A DNA stretch of 37,838 nucleotides from a virus (IMGVR_UViG_3300048856_000128:1-37838); one strand, 5' to 3'; counted from the first letter of the stretch, positions 26,330 through 35,717 are shown. Notes: generated by a model from the letters alone, not told the origin. Numbers and translations: made by a program.

Positions 26330-27174
26330 CCACATGGGTAGGACCGCTCGGGGCGCTGGCGCCCGTCGAGTACTCCTCGAAGCTGCCGCGGAGCACGAAA
26401 CGACCGATGGGCACCCGCACCACTCTCGGCGGGGCGGTCAAGGCTCAACTCGGCAAGCGGACCGCGCGCGAGATCAAGGTTGACCACGAGATGGTCGACC
26501 CCGCCGGGATCGCGAACCTCGCAGCCCTGGTCGCAGGCGAGTACGGCGGCGGACCCTTCTGGTGGGTCGACCCTTGGGCGCAGGTGACGAACCTGCTCAC
26601 ACCCGCGGCCTCAGTCCTCGAGGTGGGCACCTGGCGTGCTGAGGACGCGGCCAAGGCGGTCTCCGCCGCCTCGGTGCTGCTGGCCGACGGCGGACGCGCG
26701 GGGCGATCGATCGTCGTCGGTGTCCCGTCGGAGTTGCTGACGCTGCCACGACGGCCGACCGCCTCGGGCTGGCCGGCGGCCGACAACATCCCCGTCCTGC
26801 CCGGCAAGCCCGTCACGGCGTCCGTATATGCCTCCGGCACCGCGGTCGACGTGCGCATGCAGTGGCTCGATGCCGCCGGCACATCTCTGGGTTCGCAGAC
26901 CGCCAGGACTGCTGCACCGGGCGCGATCGCCCGGCGCTGCAGCGTCACCGGTGTCCCGCCAGAGGGCGCCGCGTCCTGCTATGTCGCTGTCACAGGCGCC
27001 AACGTCATCGCGCGCCCCGCGGTCACCTGGACCGCTCGCGTCATGCCGTGGCACGTCGGCCAGGGCATGCCTCGCGTCGTCGTTGCAGCCATCGACGAGG
27101 ATCCCGCGCTCGCGAGCATCGCGCCCGGCCGCCAGTGGGCGGCGTCGTCCTACACCGTCACGGAGGTGGGATAG
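26326..27174 (+). CDS. Minor tail (distal-tail-like) protein with probable carbohydrate-binding insert
   Basis: ATGA overlap with the tape measure gene; PVLPGKPVTASVY..WLDAAG pattern. Confidence 0.8.
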   Translation: MTTWVGPLGALAPVEYSSKLPRSTKRPMGTRTTLGGAVKAQLGKRTAREIKVDHEMVDPAGIANLAALVAGEYGGGPFWWVDPWAQVTNLLTPAASVLEVGTWRAEDAAKAVSAASVLLADGGRAGRSIVVGVPSELLTLPRRPTASGWPAADNIPVLPGKPVTASVYASGTAVDVRMQWLDAAGTSLGSQTARTAAPGAIARRCSVTGVPPEGAASCYVAVTGANVIARPAVTWTARVMPWHVGQGMPRVVVAAIDEDPALASIAPGRQWAASSYTVTEVG

Positions 27175-29439
27175 GTGCAGTCCATTCCCGGCTGGGACCC
27201 CGAGGCGGACGTCACCACGCCGACGGCTCAGGTTACGGTCGATGGCACCGCGCTCGACATCGAGGACGTCGAGGTGAAGCGCGAGCTTGCGTCCTCCCTA
27301 CCGGGGACCGTGCTCGGCGCTGGCGGCATCACCGCCGCAGGAGGCGACGTCACGTGGGCTCAGCCCGAGGACGTCGAGACCCGCTCGCGCACACCGTGGG
27401 CACCGGAGGGCGCACTGCCGCCCGCTGGCGGCTCCCGTGCGGTCGTCACCATGGGCGACGAGCGGGGCACGTGCACCCTCCTCACCGGCCGCATCGACGA
27501 CGCGGCCGGTGCGTTCGCGGGCGGTGCGCTCACTTCGGCGCTGGTCGACGACATCGACAGGCTGAACCAGCCGGTGACGCTGCCCCCGCTGATCAACGCC
27601 ATGCCGCCGCTCGTCGAGGGCAACCCTGCGCGCTACGTGGGCCTGTCTGGCGTCTGGGTCGCCGACCGGGTTCTGCGCATGTGCGGGTACTACGCCACCC
27701 CGCCGGCCGTGTCCGGCACGGTGGTCTCCGCGACGGCCATGGGATCGATGTGGCCTGAAGTCGGTGAGGTCACGGCGTGCACCGACTTCGACGGCACGGG
27801 CTTCCCCCAGTTCGTCTCCACGCCATGGGGCGCCGCCGCGCAGGGCGTCAACGCCTATTACGCCCCCATCGTGGCGCGGACGCTGGACTCGCCGATCGAG
27901 GCAATGGTGTTGTGGCCGGGCGCTGCGGCGGGCAACTTCTCCGTCACCGTGACGTTCGGGTCGGTGTCTCTCCGCCTAGCCACGACTGCGGCGAACGTCG
28001 TGGCGCAGACCATCGCATCGGGCACCACGACGACCGTCGCGACCGCTGCGCGCGGAGCCGCCACCATGGCGGTGCTGCGGGCAACGCCTTCAGGCGCCTC
28101 GCTCCTCGTCGAGCTGCGGACGAACGCCGGGGCGTCCGTCTCCGCGACGATCACCCCGCCAGCTGGGATGCTGACGACCGCGCTCTCACAGGTTCGCGTC
28201 GCCTCGGCCAACGCGACGGCCCAGGTTGGTGCCGTCAAGGTGGGCTTCCCGGCTACCGCTTTCGCCGACCTCGCGTTTACGGCGACGACGGTGTTCCGAC
28301 TCCTCGCCTTCTCGCCGCACGCCCTGGTCGCGCAGCCCGCGATCATCAACCGCAACGCCCTCGACCTGCTCAAGGAGCACGCCGCTGCCGTCTGCGCTGC
28401 GATGTGGCTCGACGAGCAGGGACGCGTCCAGTGGGTCGCGCGCGATGTGCTGTGGCGCGGTGACTCCGTGCGCACGCTCACCGCGAAGGACGACCTGCTC
28501 GACGCGGCATGGTCAGACGAGTGGCGTGACGTGTACTCGCGGGTCGTCGTGAAGTGGTCCGAGGTATCCGTGACCCGCTCGTCCCGCGACAACGTGACCC
28601 TCTGGGAAGGCAGCAGCGGGACCGTCGAGAGCGGCTCGCTCATCGCCGACTTCGCCAGCCCGCCCGCAGGTGAGGACTGGATCATGGTCGATACGAGCAT
28701 CACGAAGGTCGGACCGTCGTCTGACCTCGCGGACTACAACTACGGCCGCGGCTCGTTCACCGGGGCGACGCTCTCCGACGGCGGTACCGAGACGTGGGCG
28801 TCCACTTCGCTCCTCAACACCGGGGTCCGCCGCATCGACTGGCGCACCTACGGTGTCTTTACCGATGTTGGCGCCGTCCCCACCGGCAAGCAGGCCAGCA
28901 TGCAGGGGCCCTCCGAGTTCGGCCTCGGCGTCTGGTCATCCCGGTTCGGGCAGAAGCTCCCCGTACTGCGCGGCCGCGCCAAGTTCGAGCTCACCGACAC
29001 CCAGTTCTACTCCGACACGCGCGGCCCCGCCGAAGCCGCCGTCTACACCCACGACGCGGGGTGGTGGGTGCAGTACGAGACCCAGGCCCAGGCGCTCGCG
29101 GATTGGATCGCCTCCACGGCGACGATCCGTACTCCCAACCTGCGCGACGTCCAGGTCGTGTTCGACCCGCGTCTACAGCTCGGCGACAAGGTCGTGATCG
29201 AGGACCCCGCCCGCTCCGGGTTGCGCGTCACGGGCGTCGTCTTCGGCCTGCAGCAGATCGTCGCTCAAGCGAACGCCGCGACGCGGCTCTCCCTGCGCGT
29301 CCTTGAGGTCGCCATCATCCACCCCACGCTCCGCCAGTACGACACCGTCTGGCAGGGCGCCACCCTCGCTCAACGCGACGCGCAGTGGTCCGGGAAGACC
29401 CTCGCGGCGTTCGACGCCAACCCCCTCAGGAGGGACTAA
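27175..29439 (+). CDS. Minor tail / baseplate hub protein (754 aa)
   Basis: AAMWLDEQG and DPRLQLGDKV hub-type motifs; synteny. Confidence 0.82.
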   Translation: MQSIPGWDPEADVTTPTAQVTVDGTALDIEDVEVKRELASSLPGTVLGAGGITAAGGDVTWAQPEDVETRSRTPWAPEGALPPAGGSRAVVTMGDERGTCTLLTGRIDDAAGAFAGGALTSALVDDIDRLNQPVTLPPLINAMPPLVEGNPARYVGLSGVWVADRVLRMCGYYATPPAVSGTVVSATAMGSMWPEVGEVTACTDFDGTGFPQFVSTPWGAAAQGVNAYYAPIVARTLDSPIEAMVLWPGAAAGNFSVTVTFGSVSLRLATTAANVVAQTIASGTTTTVATAARGAATMAVLRATPSGASLLVELRTNAGASVSATITPPAGMLTTALSQVRVASANATAQVGAVKVGFPATAFADLAFTATTVFRLLAFSPHALVAQPAIINRNALDLLKEHAAAVCAAMWLDEQGRVQWVARDVLWRGDSVRTLTAKDDLLDAAWSDEWRDVYSRVVVKWSEVSVTRSSRDNVTLWEGSSGTVESGSLIADFASPPAGEDWIMVDTSITKVGPSSDLADYNYGRGSFTGATLSDGGTETWASTSLLNTGVRRIDWRTYGVFTDVGAVPTGKQASMQGPSEFGLGVWSSRFGQKLPVLRGRAKFELTDTQFYSDTRGPAEAAVYTHDAGWWVQYETQAQALADWIASTATIRTPNLRDVQVVFDPRLQLGDKVVIEDPARSGLRVTGVVFGLQQIVAQANAATRLSLRVLEVAIIHPTLRQYDTVWQGATLAQRDAQWSGKTLAAFDANPLRRD

Positions 29440-31254
29440 ATGGCCCAGACCAGCCTCGGGATCGTCTACCCCGACGGCCCCGATCTCCACCCGTCGGAAG
29501 AGTGGTGGGAGCAGATGGCCCTCACCACGAACCAGGCGATCCTCAACGCGACGCTACCCATGCAGGGCATTAACGCGAACCAGGACCTCAACGTCCTGAC
29601 CGAGCCGGGCATCTACCGGCTTTCGGGCAGCAACGCCGCGACGGTGCTCAACATGCCGCCGGGGAAGACGGGCGCGACCGGGTTCGTCACCGTTACCAAC
29701 GCGCGCGTGGCCGGCAACACGTGGGCGTCGCAGGAGATCGCGATCTATGGCGCGGCACCTGAGCGGTGGTGGCGGGTGTCCAAGACGCTCGACGGGCAGT
29801 GGAACCCGTGGCAGCGGATGGACCCGGCCGGCGCCGCCCTCGGCACCAACACGCTCACCGGCGCCGAGCAGCTGGACGCCTTCGCCCTTGAGCCCGGCGT
29901 CTACGCGGTGCGCTCGGTCACCGCGGCGGTGGCGACGGCGAACCTTCCGGCACAGCTCCCCGGCGTGCTCACGGTCCTGGGTGACCGCCTCGGCGGGTCC
30001 GCGGTCAAGACGCTGTTCTACGCCGTCTACGGTAAGCAGCCGCAGCTGTGGTGGACCGTGTCGGACTCGCTCACCACGGTCAACCCGTGGAAGCGAATCG
30101 ACGACTCGAACGGCGGTCAAGCGGTCGCGGCCGCTGACCTTGGCACTCGACACGTCGCGGCACGGGAGCGATTCGCGCTGCGCCGTGGCGGGGTGATCGG
30201 CACAGCCGGGAAGCCGGTCGTCGCGCTCCGCTGGGACCACGGCCTGGTTAACTTCCGCGACAAGGTACTGCCTCACATCAAGCGGCTGGGGCTGCCGGGG
30301 TCCATGGCGATGAACAGCGCCGCGTCGCGGTGGAACCTGCCGGAGTCCGCCGGCGTGACCCCCGCCGACCTCGACGCGTGGGCCGTCGCGAACGGCCTGG
30401 AGGTGTGGAATCACGGCGCGACCCACACCGACGCCACCACGCCGGACGAGCTGAACGCGGAGATCGTCGACGCGTTGGCCGCGCTGCAGGCGCAGGTGCC
30501 GTCCGTGGCCGTCGAGGGCTGGGTGATCCCCGGCGTGGGCGGGACAGGCTACGACGGCTTCTCGGCCGGTGAAGAGCCGACCAACTGGGACACGACCGCC
30601 GGGCGGCTCATCCTCGGCTACCACGCCGTGTCGACCTCGCACATGGGCGCCGGCGCGTTCCCGATCACGGGACAGCGGTCGATCATCCCGCGGCACTACA
30701 GCCTCGACTCGGGTACCGCGGCCGACACCATCGCCATGCTCGACGCTCTGCCGCCCGGCTCCGGCACCGTGCTTTTCCTGCACCCCTCGCAGCTCGACCT
30801 CGCCGACCGGATCACGGCCGCGCAGTACGTGCAGATCCTTGAGCACGTCGCCGCACTGCGCGACGCGGGCACCATCGAGGTGCTGACCATGGGCGGCCTC
30901 GCACTGGCCGACGCGGCGGTCACGCTGCGCCGCGGGTGGTTCCCCACCCCGACGGGAAGTGCCGCGGCACCGTGGTCACGGTCCGTCCCGGCCAACGTGT
31001 GGCAGGCGCAGCGCGGCGGCACCCGGGCGCTCATGGGCCGCGCGCGTGCGACCGGAGCGAGCGCCACGGCAACGCTCACGGCGTCGTCTGGCACGGCGCT
31101 GAACGCCTCTCGAGCGATCGCCCTCACGAGCGCGTGGCAGCAGGTCGTGCTGCCCTTCACCATCCCTGCCGGCCTATCCGCCTCAGCAAGCATCGCTCTG
31201 GGTGTCACGGGCAGCGGCGTCGAGGTCACCGACATGCAGTGCGTGGCGGTGTAG
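29440..31254 (+). CDS. Tail fibre / receptor-binding protein: knob-like repeats plus CE4 polysaccharide-deacetylase-like domain
   Basis: DLNVLTEPGIY..WNPWQR repeat (x2); ALRWDHG, EVWNHGATH, LFLHP. Confidence 0.85.
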   Translation: MAQTSLGIVYPDGPDLHPSEEWWEQMALTTNQAILNATLPMQGINANQDLNVLTEPGIYRLSGSNAATVLNMPPGKTGATGFVTVTNARVAGNTWASQEIAIYGAAPERWWRVSKTLDGQWNPWQRMDPAGAALGTNTLTGAEQLDAFALEPGVYAVRSVTAAVATANLPAQLPGVLTVLGDRLGGSAVKTLFYAVYGKQPQLWWTVSDSLTTVNPWKRIDDSNGGQAVAAADLGTRHVAARERFALRRGGVIGTAGKPVVALRWDHGLVNFRDKVLPHIKRLGLPGSMAMNSAASRWNLPESAGVTPADLDAWAVANGLEVWNHGATHTDATTPDELNAEIVDALAALQAQVPSVAVEGWVIPGVGGTGYDGFSAGEEPTNWDTTAGRLILGYHAVSTSHMGAGAFPITGQRSIIPRHYSLDSGTAADTIAMLDALPPGSGTVLFLHPSQLDLADRITAAQYVQILEHVAALRDAGTIEVLTMGGLALADAAVTLRRGWFPTPTGSAAAPWSRSVPANVWQAQRGGTRALMGRARATGASATATLTASSGTALNASRAIALTSAWQQVVLPFTIPAGLSASASIALGVTGSGVEVTDMQCVAV

Positions 31255-31360
31255 CCATGGAGAACCCGTTCATTGGAGAGCGCAACACGCTGCGCGGCTC
31301 AGGCGACGGCGCGACCGGACTGCCCCTCGGGCGGTCCCGTTCGGCAAGGGGCGATGCAGT

Positions 31361-31810
31361 GTGACCCCAGGACCCATCCCCGACGGCGCCCCGTGGTGGG
31401 TGTGGCTCGTTGGCGTCGGCGTCGTGCAGCTCTTCGGGCTCGTCAGTCTGATGCTCACGCAGCGGCGCAACGGGCGGAAGATCGACCGGGCGGTCGAGCA
31501 GGTCGAGAACGATCATGCGAACCACCCCTATCCGAACCTGCGTCAGCAGCTCGACGCGATCCAGGACGCCGTCTCGGTGGCGGCAAGCACCGCCACGCGT
31601 GCCGCCGAGGCGACCGAGCGGCTCGAGCGCGGACACAACGAGACGCGCCGGGACATCGGCGGGCTGCGCGAGGACATCCGCCAGGTCCGCGGTGACGTCG
31701 GCGAGGCGCGTCGGGAGGCGAGCGCTGGGCACCGGGAGGCGGCCGTCGCCAGCCGCCGGGTGCGTGACCTCGAGGAGACCCTCACGGAGCACCTCAGCGC
31801 CGGCAGCTAG
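31361..31810 (+). CDS. Lysis-cassette membrane protein (single TM plus coiled coil, DUF2746-like)
   Basis: TM followed by EQVENDH..NLRQQLD..DIGGLREDIR. Confidence 0.75.
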   Translation: MTPGPIPDGAPWWVWLVGVGVVQLFGLVSLMLTQRRNGRKIDRAVEQVENDHANHPYPNLRQQLDAIQDAVSVAASTATRAAEATERLERGHNETRRDIGGLREDIRQVRGDVGEARREASAGHREAAVASRRVRDLEETLTEHLSAGS

Positions 31811-31837
31811 AACCGCACCACCTCAACCATTACCTGC

Positions 31838-31862
31838 AGGGCCCGTGCGATGCACGGGCCCT
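31838..31862 (+). terminator. Hairpin before the endolysin gene
   Basis: AGGGCCCGTGC-GAT-GCACGGGCCCT followed by TCGT. Confidence 0.6.
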
Positions 31863-31883
31863 TCGTCATGCCTGGGAGGCACC

Positions 31884-32900
31884 GTGTCGTTCCGCATCAT
31901 CCCCCGCAGCGAGTGGGGCGCGAAGTACGCGCCGAGCTCCAACACGCGCACCGTGCGCCGACTCGAGAAGTGGCTGCACCACAGCGTCACCGTCGCGCCG
32001 GACGTCGTGCCGCCGTTCGATGACGACTACGCCGCCGTGCGCAGCATCGAGGCCATCACCGAGGGCCGGTTCGGAATCGGCATGGCGTACACCTTCCTGG
32101 TCACCCCGGCGGGCCTGATCTTCGAGGGCCACCCCATCGACCGGGTCGGGGCGCACACGGCGGGCCACAACCGCTACGGGGTGGGCATCTGTCTGGTCGG
32201 CAACTACGAGAACGCCAAGCCGACCGCGGCGCAGAAGCAGGCCGTCGCCTGGCTGATCCGCTACGGCATCGAGCGGGGCTGGTGGGAGCACCCGTCGCTG
32301 AACGGCGGGCACCGCGACACCAAGGCCACTGCCTGCCCCGGCAGGTACGCCTACGCGGTGATCGACGAGATCAACGCCCTGGCTGCCGCGGGCGAGATCA
32401 GCGGCGGGCCGGGCGCGTCCGCCCCGGTGCCGGCGCCGGCGCCGGCCAAGCCCGGCGCCAAGCGCGAGCCCCGGTTCCTGCCCACGCTGCGTGAGCAGCC
32501 GTTGCCGCGGGAGAGCTCCGGCTGGGACGGGCTGTGGCAGGCCACGCTGCACGAGCTCGGCTACGGCGAGGTCGTCGGCAAGATCGACGGGAAGTTCGGC
32601 CCCGCCACCACCCGCGGCACGATCCAGTTCCAGAAGGACCACGGACTGACGCCGGACGGCGTCGTCGGCCCGCGCACCTGGACGGCGGCCATGCTGTCCG
32701 GCGGCGACAACCGCCTCAAGGCCGGCGACCGCGGCAAGCGCGTCGAGATCCTGCAGAACATCGTCCGCGTTGCGACCGACATGGTGTTCGGTGACGACAC
32801 CGGCAACGCCCTCGGCGAGGTGCAGCGGTGGCTCGGCATCGACCCCGACGAGGTGTTCGGCCCCGACAGCCGCAACGCGCTCATCCGAAAGTGGCCGTGA
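31884..32900 (+). CDS. Endolysin: PGRP-like Zn amidase plus peptidoglycan-binding domains
   Basis: PRSEWGA, LHHS, YTFLV, GAHTAGHN, GHRD..TACPG; FQKDHGLTPDGVVGPRTW. Confidence 0.95.
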   Translation: MSFRIIPRSEWGAKYAPSSNTRTVRRLEKWLHHSVTVAPDVVPPFDDDYAAVRSIEAITEGRFGIGMAYTFLVTPAGLIFEGHPIDRVGAHTAGHNRYGVGICLVGNYENAKPTAAQKQAVAWLIRYGIERGWWEHPSLNGGHRDTKATACPGRYAYAVIDEINALAAAGEISGGPGASAPVPAPAPAKPGAKREPRFLPTLREQPLPRESSGWDGLWQATLHELGYGEVVGKIDGKFGPATTRGTIQFQKDHGLTPDGVVGPRTWTAAMLSGGDNRLKAGDRGKRVEILQNIVRVATDMVFGDDTGNALGEVQRWLGIDPDEVFGPDSRNALIRKWP

Positions 32901-33058
32901 CGGTGACCCGCGTCCGTCGCGCGGCCGTGGCGACGGCCCTCGCGCTCGCCGCGGCCGCCCTCACTCTCGGGCTGTGCTGGGTCGCCCTCGCCCTCATCGT
33001 GCGGGCCTACCTGGAGCCCCTCCTCGTCCTGGCCCGACTCCTCACCCACGGAGGCTGA
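32897..33058 (+). CDS. Small membrane protein (53 aa)
   Basis: GTGA overlap; hydrophobic. Confidence 0.65.
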   Translation: MTVTRVRRAAVATALALAAAALTLGLCWVALALIVRAYLEPLLVLARLLTHGG

Positions 33059-33061
33059 CCC

Positions 33062-33673
33062 GTGCTCCTCACCGCCGACTTCTGGCGCGCCGCCGGCGTG
33101 CGCGCCCTGTACACCGTCCTCGCGGCCGCGCTGCCGCTCGTCGCCCCGCTCGTCGGCGTCCCCGACGTTCGCACCGTCCTCGAGGCTCTCGTCGCTCTCG
33201 CATTCGTCGCGGTCGCCTCGCTCGCCACGTCGCTGGCGAACCTGCCGGAGCTCGGCGGCGGCCGCTCCCATGCGGCCGCGGTCATCGACCGCATCGCCCG
33301 CAGCTTCTTCCAGGTCCTCGCCGCGGCGCTCGCGGCCGCCGTGACTTTCGGAGATGTCGACTGGGCAACCCTCCTCGTCCAGGCCGCCGCTGCCGCACTC
33401 GTCACGGCGATCCGCGTCGCGATCGCCGCGCTGCCCGAGGACATCACTGCAGCGCCAACGACGCCCGACGACGCCCGCGTCATCACCGCGATGCCCGAAG
33501 CTCCGTGGCCGGCCCGAGGCGCCCGGGCCATCACTCCCTCGGGAGACCATGGCGAGGTCGCCTGGACCAGCACGAGCGAGCACGCCACGACCGCCGCTCT
33601 CATCCCCGACGACCCGGCGAACCCAACCTGGTACGGCCCCGCGCACGAGCTCAGGCCCGAGGAGCCGGTATGA
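33062..33673 (+). CDS. Holin (r1t-like, apparently duplicated domain)
   Basis: FWRAAGVRALYT and DRIARSFFQ..VDW motifs; multiple TMs. Confidence 0.8.
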   Translation: MLLTADFWRAAGVRALYTVLAAALPLVAPLVGVPDVRTVLEALVALAFVAVASLATSLANLPELGGGRSHAAAVIDRIARSFFQVLAAALAAAVTFGDVDWATLLVQAAAAALVTAIRVAIAALPEDITAAPTTPDDARVITAMPEAPWPARGARAITPSGDHGEVAWTSTSEHATTAALIPDDPANPTWYGPAHELRPEEPV

Positions 33674-33780
33674 CCGGCGGCGTCGTCCAGAGCTCTGTGC
33701 CCACGTGCACCGACTGCGGCAAGCCCGAAGGCTCCTGCAGCGGCTGCATCGCGGCCGTCGCCGAGGTGCGGCGTCGCTGA
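33670..33780 (+). CDS. 36-aa Cys-rich peptide
   Basis: ATGA overlap; CTDCG..CSGC. Confidence 0.5.
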   Translation: MTGGVVQSSVPTCTDCGKPEGSCSGCIAAVAEVRRR

Positions 33781-33784
33781 AACT

Positions 33785-33824
33785 CACGGCCCCCACCTCC
33801 CCGAACGGGGAGGTGGGGGCCGTG
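33785..33824. terminator. Strong hairpin terminator between convergent genes
   Basis: Perfect 18-bp stem CACGGCCCCCACCTCCCC with GAAC loop. Confidence 0.85.
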
Positions 33825-33838
33825 TCGTCGTCTCTCCG

Positions 33839-34978
33839 TCAGGCGGCGTAGAGGTGGAAAGCCTCGACGGTCAGGTCGACGTCGGGGGTGATGGTGATCG
33901 TGATGTCGTGCTCGTCGAGCCCGAGCGTGACGGCGCGGCGGACGGTTTCCGGGAGGCCGCCGGTGAGCGCATGGGTGGTCGTTGGCTTGCCGGAGATCTC
34001 GACGGTGACCGTGCCGCGCTCGGTCGCGGCGAGCTCGAGCACGAGCTGCTTAGTCGCACCGAGGTAGCGGTCAGTGCCGCCGGACGTGACCTCGACGCGG
34101 TACGACTGCCGGGCGGGCACCATGGCGGTGTCGGTCCAGGGCGCCAGGTCGTGCCGATAGCTGCTGCCTACGTCCGCGATCCACATGCCGGAGTAGGACA
34201 GCACCTCGATTTCGCCGGCGTCGCGGCGGGCTGCGATGTCGGCCAGCACACGAGCGAGGTCTTCGGTGCTGAGGTAGCCGTCTCGGTCGAGGAGCAGCGG
34301 GTGCACCATGATCGTGATGCCTGCCCTCTGCTGGACGGCTTCGTCGAGGAACGCGGCGGCCTCTGCGGGGGTGTGACGGTCGATGTTCCGGTGCCACGCC
34401 CCGAACAGCATCTCGCCGTCGAGCGTCCACGTCCGCTCGCCCATGTAGCCGGCGACCGCTGCGTGGTGCTCGAGGATGAGTTGCCCGGCGTAGGTGTCGG
34501 TGTACTGCTCGACGGTCTTGAACGGCGCCGCGCCCATGTACGCCCCGGCCTTGACGCCCGGCGGCGCCCACCCTTCGACGGCGAGCCGCGGCATGTGCGC
34601 CCGGATCTGCTTGAGCGTCCCAACGACCTGGTCGCGGATCTCCGCTTGAGTGGCGGCGTCGCGGTGGTTGGTCCCGTGATTCCACACCTCGCCGCCGTAC
34701 TGCAACGCCAGCTCCTGCAGGCGGCTCCAGGTGAAACCGTCACCGGCGGCGGAGATCCCGACGCGGTTCGCGATCTGGGCCCACGGCAGCTGGTGCGCGA
34801 CGAGAGCTGGCAGCACCTTCCGCTCAAAGTCGTCGTAGTGGTGGTCGAACCGCAGCGCCACCGCCGGCTTGCCGCCGGTGCCGATGCTGCCGCCGCGACG
34901 AGCGCGGAACCGGGCCACGAGCTCCTCGTGTCGGTCGAGCACGCTCGCGCGAGCACTGAGCTGGCGGCTGGAGTCCAT
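33839..34978 (-). CDS. Stand-alone CE4 polysaccharide-deacetylase-like protein, paralogue of the tail fibre C-terminal part (379 aa)
   Basis: ALRFDHH, EVWNHGTNH, IMVHP; RBS GGAGA; alternative GTG start at 35053. Confidence 0.88.
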   Translation of the reverse strand: MDSSRQLSARASVLDRHEELVARFRARRGGSIGTGGKPAVALRFDHHYDDFERKVLPALVAHQLPWAQIANRVGISAAGDGFTWSRLQELALQYGGEVWNHGTNHRDAATQAEIRDQVVGTLKQIRAHMPRLAVEGWAPPGVKAGAYMGAAPFKTVEQYTDTYAGQLILEHHAAVAGYMGERTWTLDGEMLFGAWHRNIDRHTPAEAAAFLDEAVQQRAGITIMVHPLLLDRDGYLSTEDLARVLADIAARRDAGEIEVLSYSGMWIADVGSSYRHDLAPWTDTAMVPARQSYRVEVTSGGTDRYLGATKQLVLELAATERGTVTVEISGKPTTTHALTGGLPETVRRAVTLGLDEHDITITITPDVDLTVEAFHLYAA

Positions 34979-35049
34979 GGGGAAGTTCTCCCCTGGCAAT
35001 GGTGTCCGGCGCAACTTCCGGGCGGGTGAAACCTCCTGCACCGTCCCGA

Positions 35050-35688
35050 TCACGCGAATCTCCGACTGCGCGGCGCAAGCATCGCGCGGATGCTCGCCAG
35101 TGTCTCGGGGCGGGCAGGGTTGGCAGCGGCGTGCGCCGCCTCGTCGACGAGCTGCTTCTGCACGATCGAAGGCGCGGGCCGCACGCCCCACCGGGGTGCG
35201 CCCGTCTTCCTCCAAAGGGAGGGGAAGGCCTGCCGTCCTGTCACGTTGGGAGCGCCGCCGGAGCGGGCGGCACGGGCCCTGGCGCGGGCATCCTTGGCGG
35301 CGCGGGCGCCGGGCAGCATCGCGACGAGGACGCGCTTGGCGAGGCGCAGGAGCGAGGCCACGCCGTGCAGCCCCCGACGGGCGCCGCGTCGCAGTTGCTC
35401 GAGTACGCCGGCGTCCTGCAGCCATGTGCGCGCCCGGATGATGGTGCGCACCGACAGCCCGGCACGCTCGGCCGCCTGACCGTCGGTGACTTCGGCGACG
35501 CCGGTGCGCGCGTCGGCGAGCCGACCGAGGGCGATGAGGTAGGTGCGCACGGACTGCGGGGCGTCGCGCAGTTCGCCCCACCCGGAGGCGGCGAGGGCGT
35601 CGACGATGCGCCACAGCGGCGCGTGGGCGTTGATGCGCACAGGGGGCGGCGATGTCACCGCTCCCCCGCTATTCTGCGGGGTAGCCAT
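35050..35688 (-). CDS. Winged-helix protein, Rep-initiator-like (212 aa)
   Basis: VTDGQAAERAGLSVRTIIRARTWLQDAGVLEQLRRG wHTH; very basic. Confidence 0.75.
   Translation of the reverse strand: MATPQNSGGAVTSPPPVRINAHAPLWRIVDALAASGWGELRDAPQSVRTYLIALGRLADARTGVAEVTDGQAAERAGLSVRTIIRARTWLQDAGVLEQLRRGARRGLHGVASLLRLAKRVLVAMLPGARAAKDARARARAARSGGAPNVTGRQAFPSLWRKTGAPRWGVRPAPSIVQKQLVDEAAHAAANPARPETLASIRAMLAPRSRRFA
35173..35254 (+). repeat. 82-bp structured direct repeat, copy 1
   Basis: 68/82 identical (ungapped) to 36077-36158. Confidence 0.9.
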
Positions 35689-35717
35689 GGAGAGGGCCTC
35701 ATCCTCTTCGGTGGTCA

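Noticed and set aside
31257-31364. 35-aa ORF between the fibre and lysis genes
   Set aside because: No recognisable motif and weak RBS; could be a relic, but not supportable as a gene
30100-34980. Gin/Cin-type invertible tail-fibre cassette
   Set aside because: No exact inverted crossover sites found at the homology boundary, no serine invertase, and inversion would flip the lysis genes; homologous exchange is not excluded
35050-35688. HUH rolling-circle Rep
   Set aside because: No HUH or catalytic YxxK motif visible; only a winged helix is supported
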